64,000 nucleotides of DNA from Takakia lepidozioides (lineage: Eukaryota; Plantae; Bryophyta): NCBI GenBank assembly GCA_030704615.1, contig CM060731.1, positions 45,942,001-46,006,000 of the forward strand, written 5' to 3'. Positions within the stretch are counted from its first letter, which is position 1, and every line of letters starts with the position of its first letter. Positions 1-14,341 of this stretch are shown here, piece after piece. Under the pieces are notes generated by a model that saw only the letters and a program-made list of their open reading frames with translations, did no database searches and was not told the origin of the DNA. The position numbers and the translations under genes are program-made.

Positions 1-3000
1 TTCACTCACTTCTGCTCGAATCACACCTTCCTGCAGCAATATAAACATTCTCCAATAACTACTAGTCACTGCTCGATCTCTCTGATGTCCTGGCCAACGA
101 ACTCCTGCGATCTGTTGCGCCTCTACAAACACCCTGCCGCAGCTTACCACCTTCCACAACAACCTTGTCCCGCAATTTACCACCTTCCTTCACCCGATGG
201 ATCACGGACTAGCCCCGTCTCCAACGCTTCAAAATTCAAAACATGCACGTCTACCTAACTACTGGCGACGTATTGCCCTTGCAATTCCCTTCTCAATTCC
301 CCCAATCACAATCATCCATCCACCGTACCCTCTTCCGTTTTTCTAAGCCACCCACATCCATCCACCCAAATGATATCTCATGTACCACTGACACTGTTAT
401 ATACCGCCTCTATGATACTATACTACCCCTAATACGATGCCCATTATTCATTCCGTATACTCTGCCTCCATACCACAATAATACCCCCTAGTCACATCTA
501 CATACGTCCACCATACCACTAGTTACTTGCACCCACTATTATGGGTAGAGCCCCTTATTAACGGATGGATGAAACGAACTTCATCCAAAACCCCTACCCC
601 ACAATCCGCATCATCTCCCCTATGGGCACCCATATACATATACATCCCCATCCAAGGTATACTCAATATACCCTTCCTATTCTCTCCACCATGCAAGTTA
701 CTCTACCCCGTTCTTACCCATGAATCATATGAACACATAACCCCGCTACCTCCAACTACCCTCACACTCTTACAAGTTTTTGCCCTACCCATTAACCATC
801 TCATTACCCATAGCCCACACGGGGATACCCACTACACCTAGGAAGGTCCACAACACACACCATCATCCCCCCTCCCATGATACCTCCTACATAGATTACC
901 TGCTCTGACTCATCCTATTACGATGCGGAGACCTAAACCAAACCCGGGCCCTACCACATTAACGAATTTTCAGAGAACTCCCCATAGACGCACAAGACAG
1001 ATACGCTACTATACTTCCAACCAGACACTGTGTCGCCAGGCACAATATCGAACACATTGTTGACCATTTCACCCCATTTTTCCATGCCGACAAAACCTAT
1101 AACCATACGCAATACATCACAAAATTTGGACTACCGTTCAAATGCTACCCGACACTCTCAAAACCCTCTTAAGACTAAAAATCCTTCCCCGCGCCACAGC
1201 TACTCTTCTCACCTTATCATCCTCATTTCCCCTCCAACAGAGACCTGAATGGATACCTATCTCCCACTCAGCCCCCCCCAGAGATCGCTCCCTCCGTCCA
1301 CGAGATTACAAAGATTACCTCCGCGTTCCCACAACTACCTGCCCGCCTCCACACTCCCTATCCGCAATCCACACGCCCTTAACCTTTTGAACTCCAAACC
1401 CGGAGTAGTGCATAAAAGTCCTCGGGGACCACCCTCGCCTCAGTAGCCACCGCCCGACCTAGACAAAACGTCACATCACAAATCAATTCCCCTTCATCTC
1501 CAATGATATCCCGTTGCCCGTACACTTTCAGCAGTTGCACCCCGAAATACCCGGATACGATCCCCCAACCACGCCGTTACTGAGGACCCCTCATTGCCCC
1601 TCTCCCAACCGCGCCCTCCCCTATTCTCGGCGAACTGCCCAACACAAAAACGATCACCTCTTGGAACGTGGGTCACTAGCCACTAGCATTACAAGCCTAC
1701 TCCCTCTCTTCACCACTCTCGCAACCAAATCTCCTACTACAAAGAAGAAACCAAACTACATACTCACAATACTAGCAGCTCCTACATAAATAAATTGCTA
1801 CCGATTACTTCCTCTTATATGGCACCCCCCTAATGGCCCAGCAGTGTCTCTCGCCGCCGCTCTGCCCATTACAAACCGACTAGGGGTGGAGTAGCACTTG
1901 AATTCTTAAGACACATCACTCCCCTAGTACCACCACCAAAATTGCCATACCTATCCCCTTCGTTAACACCTTCAAATTATCAACATACACCCACCAGCAT
2001 TATGCCCTATTCACCCTCCATCCACCTATATATGCCTCACATCCGACGACCTCCCCTTCATACCTGATTTATTAAACCCTATTTCCCACACAGTCACCAC
2101 CCAGATAACCAACACTACCATGTCATACTAGACGGCGACTTCAACAGAGACATCGCACACAAAGGGACACTCATACAACGGAACTCAAAACCACCATCCC
2201 CAGCCGACCATGAATGGGCTCGATTCACCAACCTATTACAGCTCAAATACATTTCCACGGACTCCCACTACTCTAGGCAAGGGGGTCTTAAACTTAATCC
2301 TCCTTAAGCCTTCTTGATGGTTTCTACCTCAAAACCATTAATACAATTCCGTCATATCTCTAAGCCACGTCCACATCAATAGCTTATGTAACTCGACCAC
2401 ACACGATAACCGTGTACCTCCCCCCTCCCTCCTTTCCCTTTCGACCCATCCCAGATGTTACATACCCCCTCACCCTAGCCTAGATCCTCTCCCCCAATAC
2501 CCCTATGTAACATCAAAGCTTTCCAAAAACATTTCCACCCTGCCTCTTCAAATTTATACACAAGATCTCTCACATACTTACGATACTAACCTATATTCTT
2601 CCCCTGATACCACCTAGATCGAAGCTGAGTCCATACTCGCATCTACAATACAAGAAATGACTGAGAGTGTTTTAGCCACATGTTCCGCCCCTCCCGACCT
2701 CCCCCAAACCACTCGATCGAAACAAAACGGGGGTTACCTCACCCGGACCCAGAAACGTGAATGGATCTCTCACCTCAACATCTACCATACCATACGCCGG
2801 GCTCTTACTATCATACCTCCTTCCTCTACCCCGCCATATAATAACTGGAGAACCCCCGCATCACCTGTTTGAACACTCTCCCTGCATGCCAATCTATTAT
2901 GCCCCCACCTGATGACCCACCTTCTCTTCCCCAATGGACCGCCTCCCTCTCCAAACTTGGACGAGAAGCCAAAAAAGCTGCTTATATATCACAAAACAAA

Positions 3001-4852
3001 AAGCCTCCGCCAACCACAAAAAATTTGTCGCCTCTTTTGGCCAAGCGCTCCATGAACACCCTAAATAGGCCCACAAAGCCATCTTCAACCTTGCAATCAA
3101 CCCACCCATCGACTGCCTCAGACACAGGCTAGGCCACCTATTAACGAAACTCGCTGACATCGACACAGAGATCTGGCTCCAGGCCTCGTCTTCCTATACA
3201 CCTAACGTTACCAACTGTTTTCACCCCATCCACCACGCACCCAATTGCATCTGTAAAGTCAAACACTACCCCTAGCATTATCTCGACGGTTTCTCACTGG
3301 AAAAGCGAGGCTCCCCCACTGACCGTATCCTTGATCTCTTCACGACTGACTTATATGAATCATGCCTAAAAGCTCTTTCCAAAGCTAGGGCCCTGGGCCC
3401 AGATCTCATTCCCAATGCCATACTTCAAGCACTTGACCCCCAATTTCATGTTCTTCTATTTAAATTCATTCACCTATGCTACCGACTACATCGTATACCA
3501 CAATCCTGGAAAAGCATAGCCGGACCATCCTACTATTTAAAAAAGACGACCCCACGGACCTTAGTAACTACAGGCCCATAGCCTTTGCAAACACCATATA
3601 CAAACTATTTACCAGCACACTAACTGCGATGTTATCCTCCTATGGCGAACAACGCCATATTTTAAGCGACCCGCAGGAAGGCTTTCGAGCAACACGTAGC
3701 ACTACTCGGCAAATACAATATGTTATCTCTGCCCTCGAAGACGCTAAACTTACTAAACAAAATATCTATCTTCTCTATATTGACTTCAAAAATGCCTTCG
3801 GTTCACTGGACCATCCCCGCCTGCTGGCCATTATGACAGAGCTTGGATACCCTATAGACGCTATCCAACTCATTGGTAATATCTACACCAACAGCACCAC
3901 CGAATACTCCGGCTCCTACTATGGATCCACCCCACCTATCCCCATATTACGTGGCACCATCCAAGGGGATACACTTAGCCCTTACCTATTTATCACTTTC
4001 CTCGAACCCTTGCTAAGCACACAAACCGCAACATCTCAATCGCCAAGTGGACAAATTATCCCGCTTCAATCCCTGGTCTGGTATGGAGTTAAGCCTTCAT
4101 AAGTGCGTGGTCACTGCAGCCACACACCGTAGCAAACTCACAAAATCCACGATAGCTTCCCACTGTAAGCTCCATATACACTACCAACAAAAACCCTTCC
4201 CGTTCTTAGGCCCGGACGAATCCTACACTTATCTGGGCATACAACTGGTCCCGTCACTCACTTGGCATATACAGAGGGACACAACCCTTTCCAAACTAAA
4301 AAACAAGAGTCTTGCCCTACTCAAATCCCCGGTCTCCATCCGCCCTAAGCTAGCCATAATCCAGTCAGTTCTCAAACCACAAGTCCAATACGCCTTCCAC
4401 GCAGCCCCCTTCTCTTTACCAGACATCAAGCAGCTTGACCAACAAATTACCCAACTCACCAAACAAATATGTGGCCTACCCACTAGCACCCTGAACGCCC
4501 TCATTCAGCTCCCCCAAGATAGCTACGGTATAGGCTCCAGCCCTTTAATTATTTCCTATGCCCGCACTCTGGGGTCACAATTGCTAGAAGTCCTCAACGA
4601 TCCTGGCCGCCTCAGACTGATTTTTAGTGGGCTCCTTAAACACCTGGCCTCTAGATATAATGGACTATACTCTCTCCCCACCCTCCACTCCCAATCCTGT
4701 TTCCACTCCCCCACTGCCTTATCGTTGTTCATCCTACGCCAAATGAGAATCAGCATACAAACCGACCTTCCAGGCTACCCCAACTCTATATCGTCACTTG
4801 AACGTGCCTGACTTAATAGTCCATTCTCCTCACAATTTGGCAACTCGCATCC
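1..4852 (+). mobile_element. Decayed non-LTR retrotransposon (LINE with APE endonuclease and RT)
   Basis: APE remnants SWNVGSL (~1660), HVILDGDFN (~2120), SDH-like (~2393). RT motifs NYRPIA, QEGFR, YIDFKNAFGS, RGTIQGDTLSP in 3476-4102; YTYLGI in 4047-4811. Many stops and frameshifts; the YADD region appears deleted near 4015. 5' limit uncertain. Confidence 0.85.
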
Positions 4853-5201
4853 CGCATGGTTGTTTGTGAAACCCCCGCGGACAGTCACAGAAGTATATAT
4901 AGGGAGTAGTAACCCCGAGAACGGTGCAAGCCCGTTGGTGACCAAAAACTAGTGAGAAAGCGAGCGAGCCGGAAAGCGACCAAGGAGTGGGGAGCTATTC
5001 CGGACTGCCATCTACCAAAGGGAATCTCCACTAGGTCCAAATTGGTGGAGGGTCTGGTGGAAGAGTAAACGGGGACCGTTATGTCCCGGTGAGCAGCCGA
5101 AGCTCCCAGTTGGCCCGACGGCCAGGTTGGGAGTTAGGCGCGCGCATCATAGCGAGTAACTATGACTTGAAGGGGAGTTTACCAAAGTGAGGTGCGCGAC
5201 A
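4853..5201 (+). repeat. 3' part of an LTR (gypsy family G1), ends ...GCGCGACA
   Basis: 4853-5053 matches 24271-24473; ends in CA directly before a PBS. Confidence 0.85.
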
Positions 5202-5203
5202 CT

Positions 5204-5215
5204 TGGTATTAGAGC
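5204..5215 (+). promoter_or_regulatory. Primer binding site (tRNA-iMet type)
   Basis: TGGTATTAGAGC, one mismatch to the canonical TGGTATCAGAGC, 2 nt after the LTR end. Confidence 0.85.
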
Positions 5216-5256
5216 TTAGAGTTCAGTACGCGATCGTCCTTGGGTTTGGCCTCATC

Positions 5257-6415
5257 ATGGGGTCGGGCAAGCCAAAGCGAAAACGGAACGACCCGAAAGA
5301 TGATTATCCTGGTGAGCCCGATAGGGGCGACGAGTCACCGAAGTAGCCATTTGAGGAAGCGATGCATGCTTTTGAAAGCGAGGCCGCTCAAGAATGGGAG
5401 GAATCTGAGGAGTCGGAGCCCGAGGAATCCCTAAGAGCTCCGCAAGACCAACAGATGCCTCCCATGCCAGCAGTTTTTTGGGAAGGGTTGTTGGTGCAGT
5501 TTGGCGGGACGTTGAAAGACGTGTTGAAGGCGACTAATGCCACTTCCACTAAGACAAAGTTTAAGGTGAAGCCTAAGGAACCCGACATCTTTGAGGGCGT
5601 CCGAAATCGGAAGGCACTCAACACCTGGCTCTTGGAGCTAGAGCAATACTTCCGGGTGGCCAAGTTGAGTAACGAGGATCGGGTGGAAGTGACTCCCACC
5701 TATTTGAGGGGCTATGCTCAACAATGGTGGCAGAAACGCCTCCACAACCGAGGTCCAAACCTGGAAACCTTGAACTGGAGTGGGTTCAAGGAACTGATGA
5801 AGAGACAGTTTGTGCCCCTCAACGCGTCCTCGCTCGCCCGGGACAAGATGAGGAATTTGAAGCAAACAGATGACATTCGGGGTTATGTTCAGGCTTTCAA
5901 TGTGCTGTTGCTCGAAGTCGCGGACATGGCAGGACTAGAAATGGTCTTCAACTTTGTGGCGGGACTGGCCCCATGGGCCAGACGGAAGTTGGAGGAAAAG
6001 CCACCTAAGACTTTGAACGAGGCAATTGAGAGGGCTGAATGCTTCTTGGATGTCCTAAGGCGAAAGACAAGGCCGTATGGAGCTGAACCACAAGATGACC
6101 CGGTGGGAGGGTAACTCTTTTCGACCGGAAAAGAAGTGGGATAGGCCACACGGCGTCAATGGCACGTGGAAATCGAAGGGGGGGCCTTCACACGCCAAGA
6201 CAACACCCGCTGCTCCGAAAGGAAAATCAGGTGCGACGCCTTATGGCGGACAAAAGGCGACCTTCGATAGAGTGTGCTTTAATTGCGGGGAGCCCGGGCA
6301 CATGGCTAAAAAGTGCGCAAAGCCCCGACAATTGAACATGACTCAGGCGACCACAGAGCTGTCGGAAGAGTCCATCAGCCGCTTGGTGGAAGGGGTGGTC
6401 GCCAAGACTTGCAAG
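5257..6415 (+). pseudogene. Ty3/gypsy gag with zinc knuckle, truncated before protease
   Basis: Retrotrans-gag motifs (PDIFEG...WLLELEQYF...YLRGYAQQWW...LKQTDDIRGY) and CFNCGEPGHMAKKC; in-frame stop near 5344 and frameshift near 6090. Confidence 0.88.
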
Positions 6416-8014
6416 GTAGGCAACTACTCTTGTGAGTTGTATCAGAAAACTAGCGCCCTGCCTGCTACAGTTGCTGCTTGATGCATGCCCTACGCGACCT
6501 CTTTGAATGCTTGCTTGCAAATCACCTTGAGCTTCCTCAATCCAAGAGGTGTTGAATGAGTCTTTGTGAGTGATGATGATACTATGTAAAATCAACCAAG
6601 CTGTAACATGAATGGGTACATATTCCAGATTGCAATCCATTCGTTTTAATAAAATCCTCCACCTTCCCTTCAGTATGCCAAAAGCTCGTTCTATGCACAT
6701 TCTTGAGCTTGATTGCATAAAATTCCAATTTGCCTGCTCCCCAGTAAATCCATCTTTGCTTCCAATAAATGGAGCAAACATCCATGGCCTGCATTGATAA
6801 ACAACATCACCTAGAAGGGCATAGGGATTCAAGCCTCCATTGTGGCATACACGGCCAATTTGTGATTTTCCAAACTGGTTCCAGTCATGAATACTTACCA
6901 CACCACCCTATATCATAATCCCAAAAGCAACATGAGGTGTCGACAATGCCTTGTAATAAGACAGGATGAAAACCCTTCCTGTTATGATAATCAGGTGCAT
7001 GCTCAACAGGGGCAATAATCGGAATATGACTGCCATCAATCGCCCCTATGCACCAAGGTGTACCATGTAAGATTCAAAATCTTTACTCATTTCTCCCATA
7101 TTGGATGCACATGGCCATTTGATGTAGAGTTCACGATAACTAGTCTTCAGTGCATTACAAAATTCCAACACGATATTCTAAGCATGGAAATTCCTACTCC
7201 ATAGCAATCTAAGAGTGTACTCGAGGTATTACCAGTGGCCAACCTTGCTATAGAAATAGCAACCCTAGTCTCCACTGGAATAGCAATTCGACAACTAGTA
7301 TCTTGTATCTTCAGAAAATGAGCTATCTGTGCACACAAGTACAAGAAAGTTTCTCTTGACATCCGCATTCTGTCCTTGAACATTTTGGCACTGTAAGATC
7401 CCATGATATATGTATCTGCAAAACCTTTAGGTCTCTCAAATGCATGGATCATTTCCTTCTTCGAACCAGACCTGTTGTTTTGCAATATCAAACTGTGAAG
7501 CATGGTCAATACAGTTTGGAGATGGTTGTTGATTTCTAGAGAATGTCTACTCGACATAGCCTCTAAAATAATGAATATGGAAAATTGAAGAGCAAGTGTT
7601 GCAAGGAGATCCCTTCCTGAAGGCTCCATGGCTGTGTGCGATACTCTCGACAAGAAAACCAGACAATTTGAGCGCGATATCTTGTCCAGTGGACCCTTTT
7701 TGTCCACTGCTCGGTGTGAAAACGCTATGAAGCTCGTCCGCTGGGTTCCCACAACTTCCCGCAACTTTTGATGAATGGGCATCTGTGAAGCGGCCGAAAC
7801 AATGGACAAACGTTGTTTTTGAGTGTTTTGTCCGGTCGCTAGTCTGGAAGGGACCTAAGTCATGGCTAGAGAGAATTTTGTCCGGGGATCGTCTGCGTTC
7901 GAATATATGGGGCAGTAATGGTGGGGAAGGCAGTCCGGACATGTCCATGGTTCGCCATACTCCACGCCATAAGCAGTTTGGCGGGGCGATGGCGGGACAC
8001 CGTTGGAGATGCTC
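6416..8014 (-). mobile_element. PIF/Harbinger DNA transposon remnant with HARBI1-like DDE transposase pseudogene (~6480-7630)
   Basis: FKDRMRMSRETFLYLC, IPVETRVAISIARLATG, IERAFGILKGRWRIL; terminal repeat GAGCATCTCCAAC on minus at 8002-8014; other end lost at the gag junction. Confidence 0.85.
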
Positions 8015-8027
8015 AATTATTAAGTTA

Positions 8028-8373
8028 GAGCATGCCCAACAAAGGTTCAGTAAAGTGCCTCGCCATCACTATGTTAAGAAGGCATATGGGGCCCGCAAGC
8101 TAGATGGCAGGTGGGCTGGCAAGCGTAACAAGAGGGGAGTACTGGCGCCAGGCTGAGGTGAGAGTGGGCCCCGCCACCTGCCCGCCACAGGTGGTAGCTT
8201 AGCGGGGGAGAATGCCACGCACCAAAACTTGTCTAGATAGCGCGCTAGTAGGGCTAAACTTGGTGAGGCTCACCATTTTGAAGCGCGTGAAAGTGCTCCT
8301 GGGGCCGTCCGACAGCGGCGGCCACGCTATTTTGATGATAGTGCGCCAGATAGAGCGCCTGCTGGGCATGCTC
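8028..8373. mobile_element. Tourist-like MITE
   Basis: TIR GAGCATGCCCA / TGGGCATGCTC with TTA target duplication (8025-8027, 8374-8376); no coding capacity. Confidence 0.88.
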
Positions 8374-8577
8374 TTACCACCACAACAACCCCACCCCCCC
8401 AAAAAAACAGCTTACAGCCAGCTTGCCAACCTGGTGATTGTGGGCTCAAATCCCAGCTGCGTCGTTGGCTGCATGGTGTTGGTTGGAAGGCTGTCTAGCG
8501 TTTGTGGAGAGTGAGAGAGAGACAGGGAGTGCAGGCTCTGCGGTGCTCAACATGGTGCAGCTGCCAATGTCTGTGTG

Positions 8578-11090
8578 ATGCGTTCTCAAAGAAACATCTA
8601 CTAAAGTATTGGGTATGCTCCACTTCCCCCTCTGGCATGAAGAATTTGAACACCACAGAAGCTGTCCAACCTTGTGCATTCATGCTGTTACCTGCGAAAA
8701 GGTGGGGACAGAATCTGGCATTGATCTTTGGGATGTTCATGATGCAGGGCAGTGGGGTTGCAAGTATGGAGGCAGACCCAGTTGTTTCTTGTGCATCCCA
8801 GTGGGGGCGCATGTGTGGGTCTTGGCACGTCCGCTGTTTTGAACGGAGTGAGAGAAACTACAGCGAGGGAATGGAGCAAGAACAGGACGAACAGTTGGGG
8901 TACTGGTGGGAATATGGCTTCAGTGTGGGGGACGCTTGAAGGAGGCGGTGCAACTTTTGGATGTGATGGAGCAACGAGGCTTTTGGGCATATTCCGAGAC
9001 CTGCGCTCGTCTCTTGCAGGGGTACGCAAAGACGAAGGCCCTCGCAGATGGGAAGGGGGTCCATGCCCACATCATCAAAAGTGGATTTGAGTCAAACATG
9101 TTCCTTGCAAACACCCTTGTCAGCATGTATTGCAAGTGCGGAAGCATTGGGGATGCGCGCCGAGTGTTTGACAAAATGCCTCAACGAAATGCGATTTCTT
9201 GGACTGCGATGATTGGAGGATTAGCTAAGCAAGGGCAGGGAGAAGCTGCATTTGAACTCTTTCGGCAAATGGAAAGAGAGGGCGTGAAGGCAGACAGGGT
9301 TACTTTCATGAGCATTCTGAATGCATGTGCTGGGCCAGTAGATCTAGAACATGGCAAGCGGCTCCATGCGGGCATTATTACAGCTGGATTTGAGTCAGAC
9401 GTGAGAGTGGGGAACGCCCTCGTCAGCATGTATTGCAAGTGCGGGAGTATGGCGGATGCGCGGCAATTGTTTGATAGGATGCCTAATCGAGATGTGATCT
9501 CATGGAATGCGATGATTGCAGGATGCGCTCAGCAGGGCCATGATGAGGAGGCTTTTGGACTCTTTGGGCAAATGCGAAGAGGCGGCGTGACGGCAGACAG
9601 AGTGACTTTCTTGAGCATTCTGAGCGCATGTTCGAGCCCAGTGGCCCTGGAACCCGGCAGGCATCTCCATGTGTCTATCATGAAAGCTGGACTGGAGTCA
9701 GATGTTGGAGTGGGGAATGCCCTCATCAGTATGTATTGCAAATGCGGGAGTGTGGTGGATGGCCGCCGGGTGTTTGACAGTATGCACGAACGAGATGTGG
9801 TCTCATGGACGGCGATGATTGCTGGATGCTCTCAACATGGTGATTGTGAGAAGTCTTTTGAACTCTTTCGGCAAATGCAAAGTGCTGGCGTGAAGCCCAA
9901 CGAGGTCGCTTTCATGAGCATCCTGAACGCATGCGCCAGTCTAGCAGCCCTAGAAGAGGGCAAGTGGATCCATGACCTCATCATCAGATCAGGATTGAAG
10001 TCTGATGTTCGAGTTTCTAATGCTCTTGTCGACATGTATGCCAAGTGCGGGAGTGTGGGTGATGCACGACAAGTATTTGACAAAATTCCTGAACGGGACG
10101 TGGTCTCATGGAATATACACATTTGGTATCAACTTGACAGAGGACCAGAGAATGCAAGCCACGGTGAAAAGACTCAAGCACCAGCTTTAGATGGTTGTGG
10201 GATATGCCCATAACGGGAATGGTAAGGAGGCCTTCCAACTCTTTGAACAAATGTTACAAGAAGGAGTGAAGCCAGACTCTGTCACATTTGTTGGTGTTCT
10301 CTCTGCATGCAACAGTATGGGCCTGGTGGACAAAGGCCATAGTTACTTCCTCTCCATGAGTCATGATCATGGCATCCCACCAACAGGAATGCACTCTGGC
10401 TGCATGGTCGGCCTTCTTGGTCGATCGGGGCAATTATATGAGGCAGAGGACTTCATCAGCAAAATGCCGGTGGAGCCAAATGCTTCAGTGTGGGGGCCAT
10501 TGCTTGGTGCATGCAGAATCTATGGTAATGTGGAGAACGGGCTGCAGAACGTATACTCAAATTCAAACCACAAGATGCCGGAGTGTATGTGCTGCTTTCA
10601 AATGTCTACGGTGCGGCTGGCAGGTGGGATGATATAGCAAAGGTGAGAAAGGCCATGAAGGACAGGGGTGTGAAGAAGGAGCCAGGGCGTAGCTGGATCG
10701 AAGTCAAGAATAGGGTACATACGTTCGGTGTAGAAGATAGATCGCACCCACAGACCGAGGAGATATATGCTGCGTTGGAAAGATTGGATAGACAAATTAA
10801 GGAAGTGGGATATGTTCCCGATACACGCTTTGTGTTACATGACGTGGATCAGAAGATGAAGGAACAGGCTCTTGGCTATCATAGTGAAAAGCTGGCCATT
10901 GCGTTTGGGCTCATCAGCACGCCCCCTGGGACACCTATCTGCATAATTAAAAATCTCAGGGTATGTGGGGATTGCCACACTGCCAGCAAATTTATCTCCA
11001 CAATTGTTGGGCGTGAGATCATAGCAAGGGATGCCAACCGCTTTCATTTAATCAAATAATGGGGTGTGTTCTTGTGGGGATTATTGGTGA
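8578..11090 (+). pseudogene. PLS-E-DYW PPR editing factor pseudogene (PPR-1)
   Basis: P-L-S repeats, E domain, PGRSWIEV, HSEKLA, CGDCH, ...CSCGDYW. Stop in the first micro-exon, frameshift near 8930, ~73-bp insertion near 10117-10189, frameshifts near 10540 and 11055. Confidence 0.9.
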
Positions 11091-11977
11091 TGACAACTCC
11101 ACACGCACCAACACGATCTTCCGTTTATGGAGTCTTAAGCGAATGTCTGGCAAGCTTTCGGTCTTGTTCAGGGTGAGTCTAATGGCCACAAGATTCAAGG
11201 AGGTTACTACCTCTCATATATTTCGTTGATCTGATGCCATTTGTGACAGGCAACCATGAATCTTGCAGATTGTGCGTTGGCCATTCTCTGATTCACAGTT
11301 TGGTAAACTGTCCACAACTATTGCTTGCAGGGTTTTGGCAGGGGTCATTGGTGAAAATAAATGGGCTGAAGTCAAGGCATCATTGAGTGGTATGAATCCT
11401 TCTCCAACCTTCTCCTTTCGGAGCTTTCAGTTGCAACAGTATCCCACATTAATGAGTATCTTTCATATTAATGATGTTTTTCTGGGATTGTGACCAGTCT
11501 TATTGCAGTTCCTTGGGGTTCAGAGGATCTCTCTTGAGGCAGTGCATGCCACACGGATGCAAAAAACAAAGAGCACTGATTTAATGGCCCATCTGCATAT
11601 CTCAGTAAAATGCTGTCTGATCTGCCCATCTGCTACTGTGCACATCGTTGAAGGTGCTCTTTTGACTTCCCAATTTCCTCTTTGGTTTAGTCTTCATCAT
11701 GTGCTGGTTACATGATCTGGGCTCTGTCATTCGCTATTTTTGGAAAACCGGATGTAAGTCTCAAGTTTTCAACTCAGTGGTTTATCATGTATGGTATGAT
11801 GTCTGCTTGGTGCCATGATCTTGTGACTGCAGATGGCTGAATCTTTGTGGATGTGAGTACAAGTCATTGAATGTTCTGCTACGGTGATTTGATGTTTATC
11901 TGTCTAAACACCTTCATCTCATCTACTAGATGTATGTGGCACAATCTGTGCCTTCAACACATTCAAACTCTAAATGG

Positions 11978-14341
11978 TTATAGCACTTCCTGTCTCTGTA
12001 CACCTCTATCGTTCATTGCCTTCCTCACCATTGTTATATCATCCCACCGGCCAGCTGCAGCATAGATGTTTGAAAGCAGCACATACACTGCAGCATTTTC
12101 AGGTTCCAGCTTGAGGATACATTCTGCAGCACGTTCTGCTACCTCCACATTGCCATAGATTTTGCAAGCACCAAGCAAGGCCCCCCAGACAGAAGCATCT
12201 GGCTCAAATGGCATTTTGTTGATCAAGTCCTCAGCATCAGCCAAGCGGCCTGCGCGGCCTAGAACATCAACCATGCAGCCATAGTGCTTACCTGTGGGTG
12301 TGATGCCATGATCTATTCTCATGGAGAGGAAGTAGTGATTACCTTCCTCCACAAGGCCCATATGGCTGCATGCAGAAAGAACACTGACAAACGTGACATT
12401 GTCTGGCTTACACCCTTCCCACAGCATCTCTTCAAAGAGGTGGAGGGCCCCTCTACCTAGCCCATGCTGGGCACATGCTACTATCATCGAATTCCATGTG
12501 ATCACATCTCTTTGAGGCATTGTGTCAAAGGCTCTTCGAGCATCTCCTAGACTCCCGCACTTGGCATACATGTCAATGAGGGCATTACACACTCGGACAT
12601 CTGACTCAAATCCAGAGTTGCTGATGAGGGCATGAGCTTTCTTGCCCACTTCTAGAGCTGCCAAGCCGGAGGATGCATTGAGGATACTAATGAAAGTGAC
12701 CTCATTAGGGTGTATACCTTCTCTTTGCATTTGCCAAAAGAGTTCAATTGACTCTTCACCATGCCCTTGCTGAGCTACTCCTGCAATTAGAGCATTCCAT
12801 GATATAACATTTCGCCTAGGCATTCTGTCAAACACGGTGCGTGCCATTAAACTCCCGCATTTGCAGTACATGGTCACGAGGGCATTGCCCACCTGCACAT
12901 CTGACTCCAATCCAGCTTTGATGATACCAGTATGCAGCCATTTACCCTGCTCCAGAGCTAGTGGGCCATCACATGCATTGAGGATGCTTAGGAATGTGAG
13001 TTTGCCTGCCTTGAGGCCTTCTTGTTGCATTTTCCCAAAGACTTCAAATGCCTCCTCACAATGTCCTTGCTGCGCTAATCCTGCGATCATGGCATTCCAT
13101 GAGATTACGTCTCGCGTAGGCATTTTGTCGAATACTCTGCGCGCATCAGACACATTTCCGCACTTGCAATACATGCTGACAAGGGCAGTCCCCACTTGGA
13201 TATCCGACTCCAATCCAGCTTTGCTCACAGCAGCATGGAGCCGATTGCCCTCTTCCAGGTCATCTGTAGAGGCACATGCATTGAGGATGCTTATGTAACT
13301 GACCTTGTCTGCGCTTACATATCGACGTTGCATTTGCCTAAATAGTTCAAAGGCCTCTTCACTGTGCCTTTGCTGGGCGAATCCCGTTATCATTGCATTC
13401 CATGAAATCACATCTCGCTTGGGCATTTTGTCAAACACTCTCCGCGCATCCAGCACACTCCCACATTTGCAATACATCGTAACAATGGCATTTCCCACTC
13501 CGATATCTGACTCAAGTCCGGCTTCGATAATGTCCGCATGGAAGCGTTTGCCCTGTTCCAAAGCTAGTGGATTGGTACAAGCGCTTAGGGCGCACATGAA
13601 TGTGACTGTATCTGCCTCGAAGCCCTCTCGTCGCATTTGCCGAAAGACTTCAAGTGCCTCTTCACTATGCCCCTGCTTAGACAATCCTGCAATCATCGCA
13701 GTCCAGGAGATAACATTCCGTTTGGGCATTTTGTCAAACACTTGGCGCGCATCTTCCATCCTTCCGCACTTACAATACATGCTGACAAGGGTGTTTCCTA
13801 AGAAGAGGTTCGACTCAAATCCACTTTTGATGATGTGGGCATGGACAACCTTGCCATCTCCCAGGGCCTTCCTCTTTGCACACTCCTGCAAGAGACGAGC
13901 ACAGGTTTCGGAATACTCCCAGAAGCCTCGTTGCTCCATCACGTCCAAAAGCTGCACTGCCTCCTGCGAACGTGAGCCCTTGAATAATGTGCGCACATCC
14001 CCGTTAGTTCTACAGATGTCCTGTTTGCTCTGTTCAGAATTTGGTGTTGTTTTCCCCGCTCCATCGGAGATTTGGGAAGTGCCAAGACTCATAAACTGGG
14101 CCCCATTACGACTCCCAACAAACAAATGCGTCTGTTGACAAAATGAAAACCCCACCGCGCTGCACCACAAACATTGGAAAGATCAATGCCTAATCGTCCG
14201 GCCTCTGCTCATCCAATGGGGACAAGCTGTCAATTATGCGTTTACAAGGACGGATTCTAGATTCATTAGCTTCACAACATCGAACAAGACTGATCAAAAT
14301 ACAACATACCGGAAAATCCGAAGCTTTGTTTCACAGACCAT
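11978..14341 (-). CDS. PLS-E class PPR protein without DYW (PPR-2); exons 14341-14310 and 14159-11978
   Basis: Open 730-aa frame with about 17 PLS motifs plus E1/E2, ending at a degenerate PG box. GTATGT...TGCAG intron 14309-14160 joins the upstream ATG in frame (MVCETKLRIFR-AVGFS). Confidence 0.9.

Noticed and set aside
1-1600. Short Pro/Thr/His-rich ORFs
   Set aside because: Compositional artefacts of C/A-rich decayed retroelement sequence.
6227-6901. Novel 224-aa protein
   Set aside because: Chance read-through from the Harbinger transposase into antisense gag.
12837-14138. Long plus-strand ORFs (153 and 277 aa) and similar antisense ORFs over other PPRs
   Set aside because: Shadow frames of repetitive PPR coding sequence with no independent motifs.
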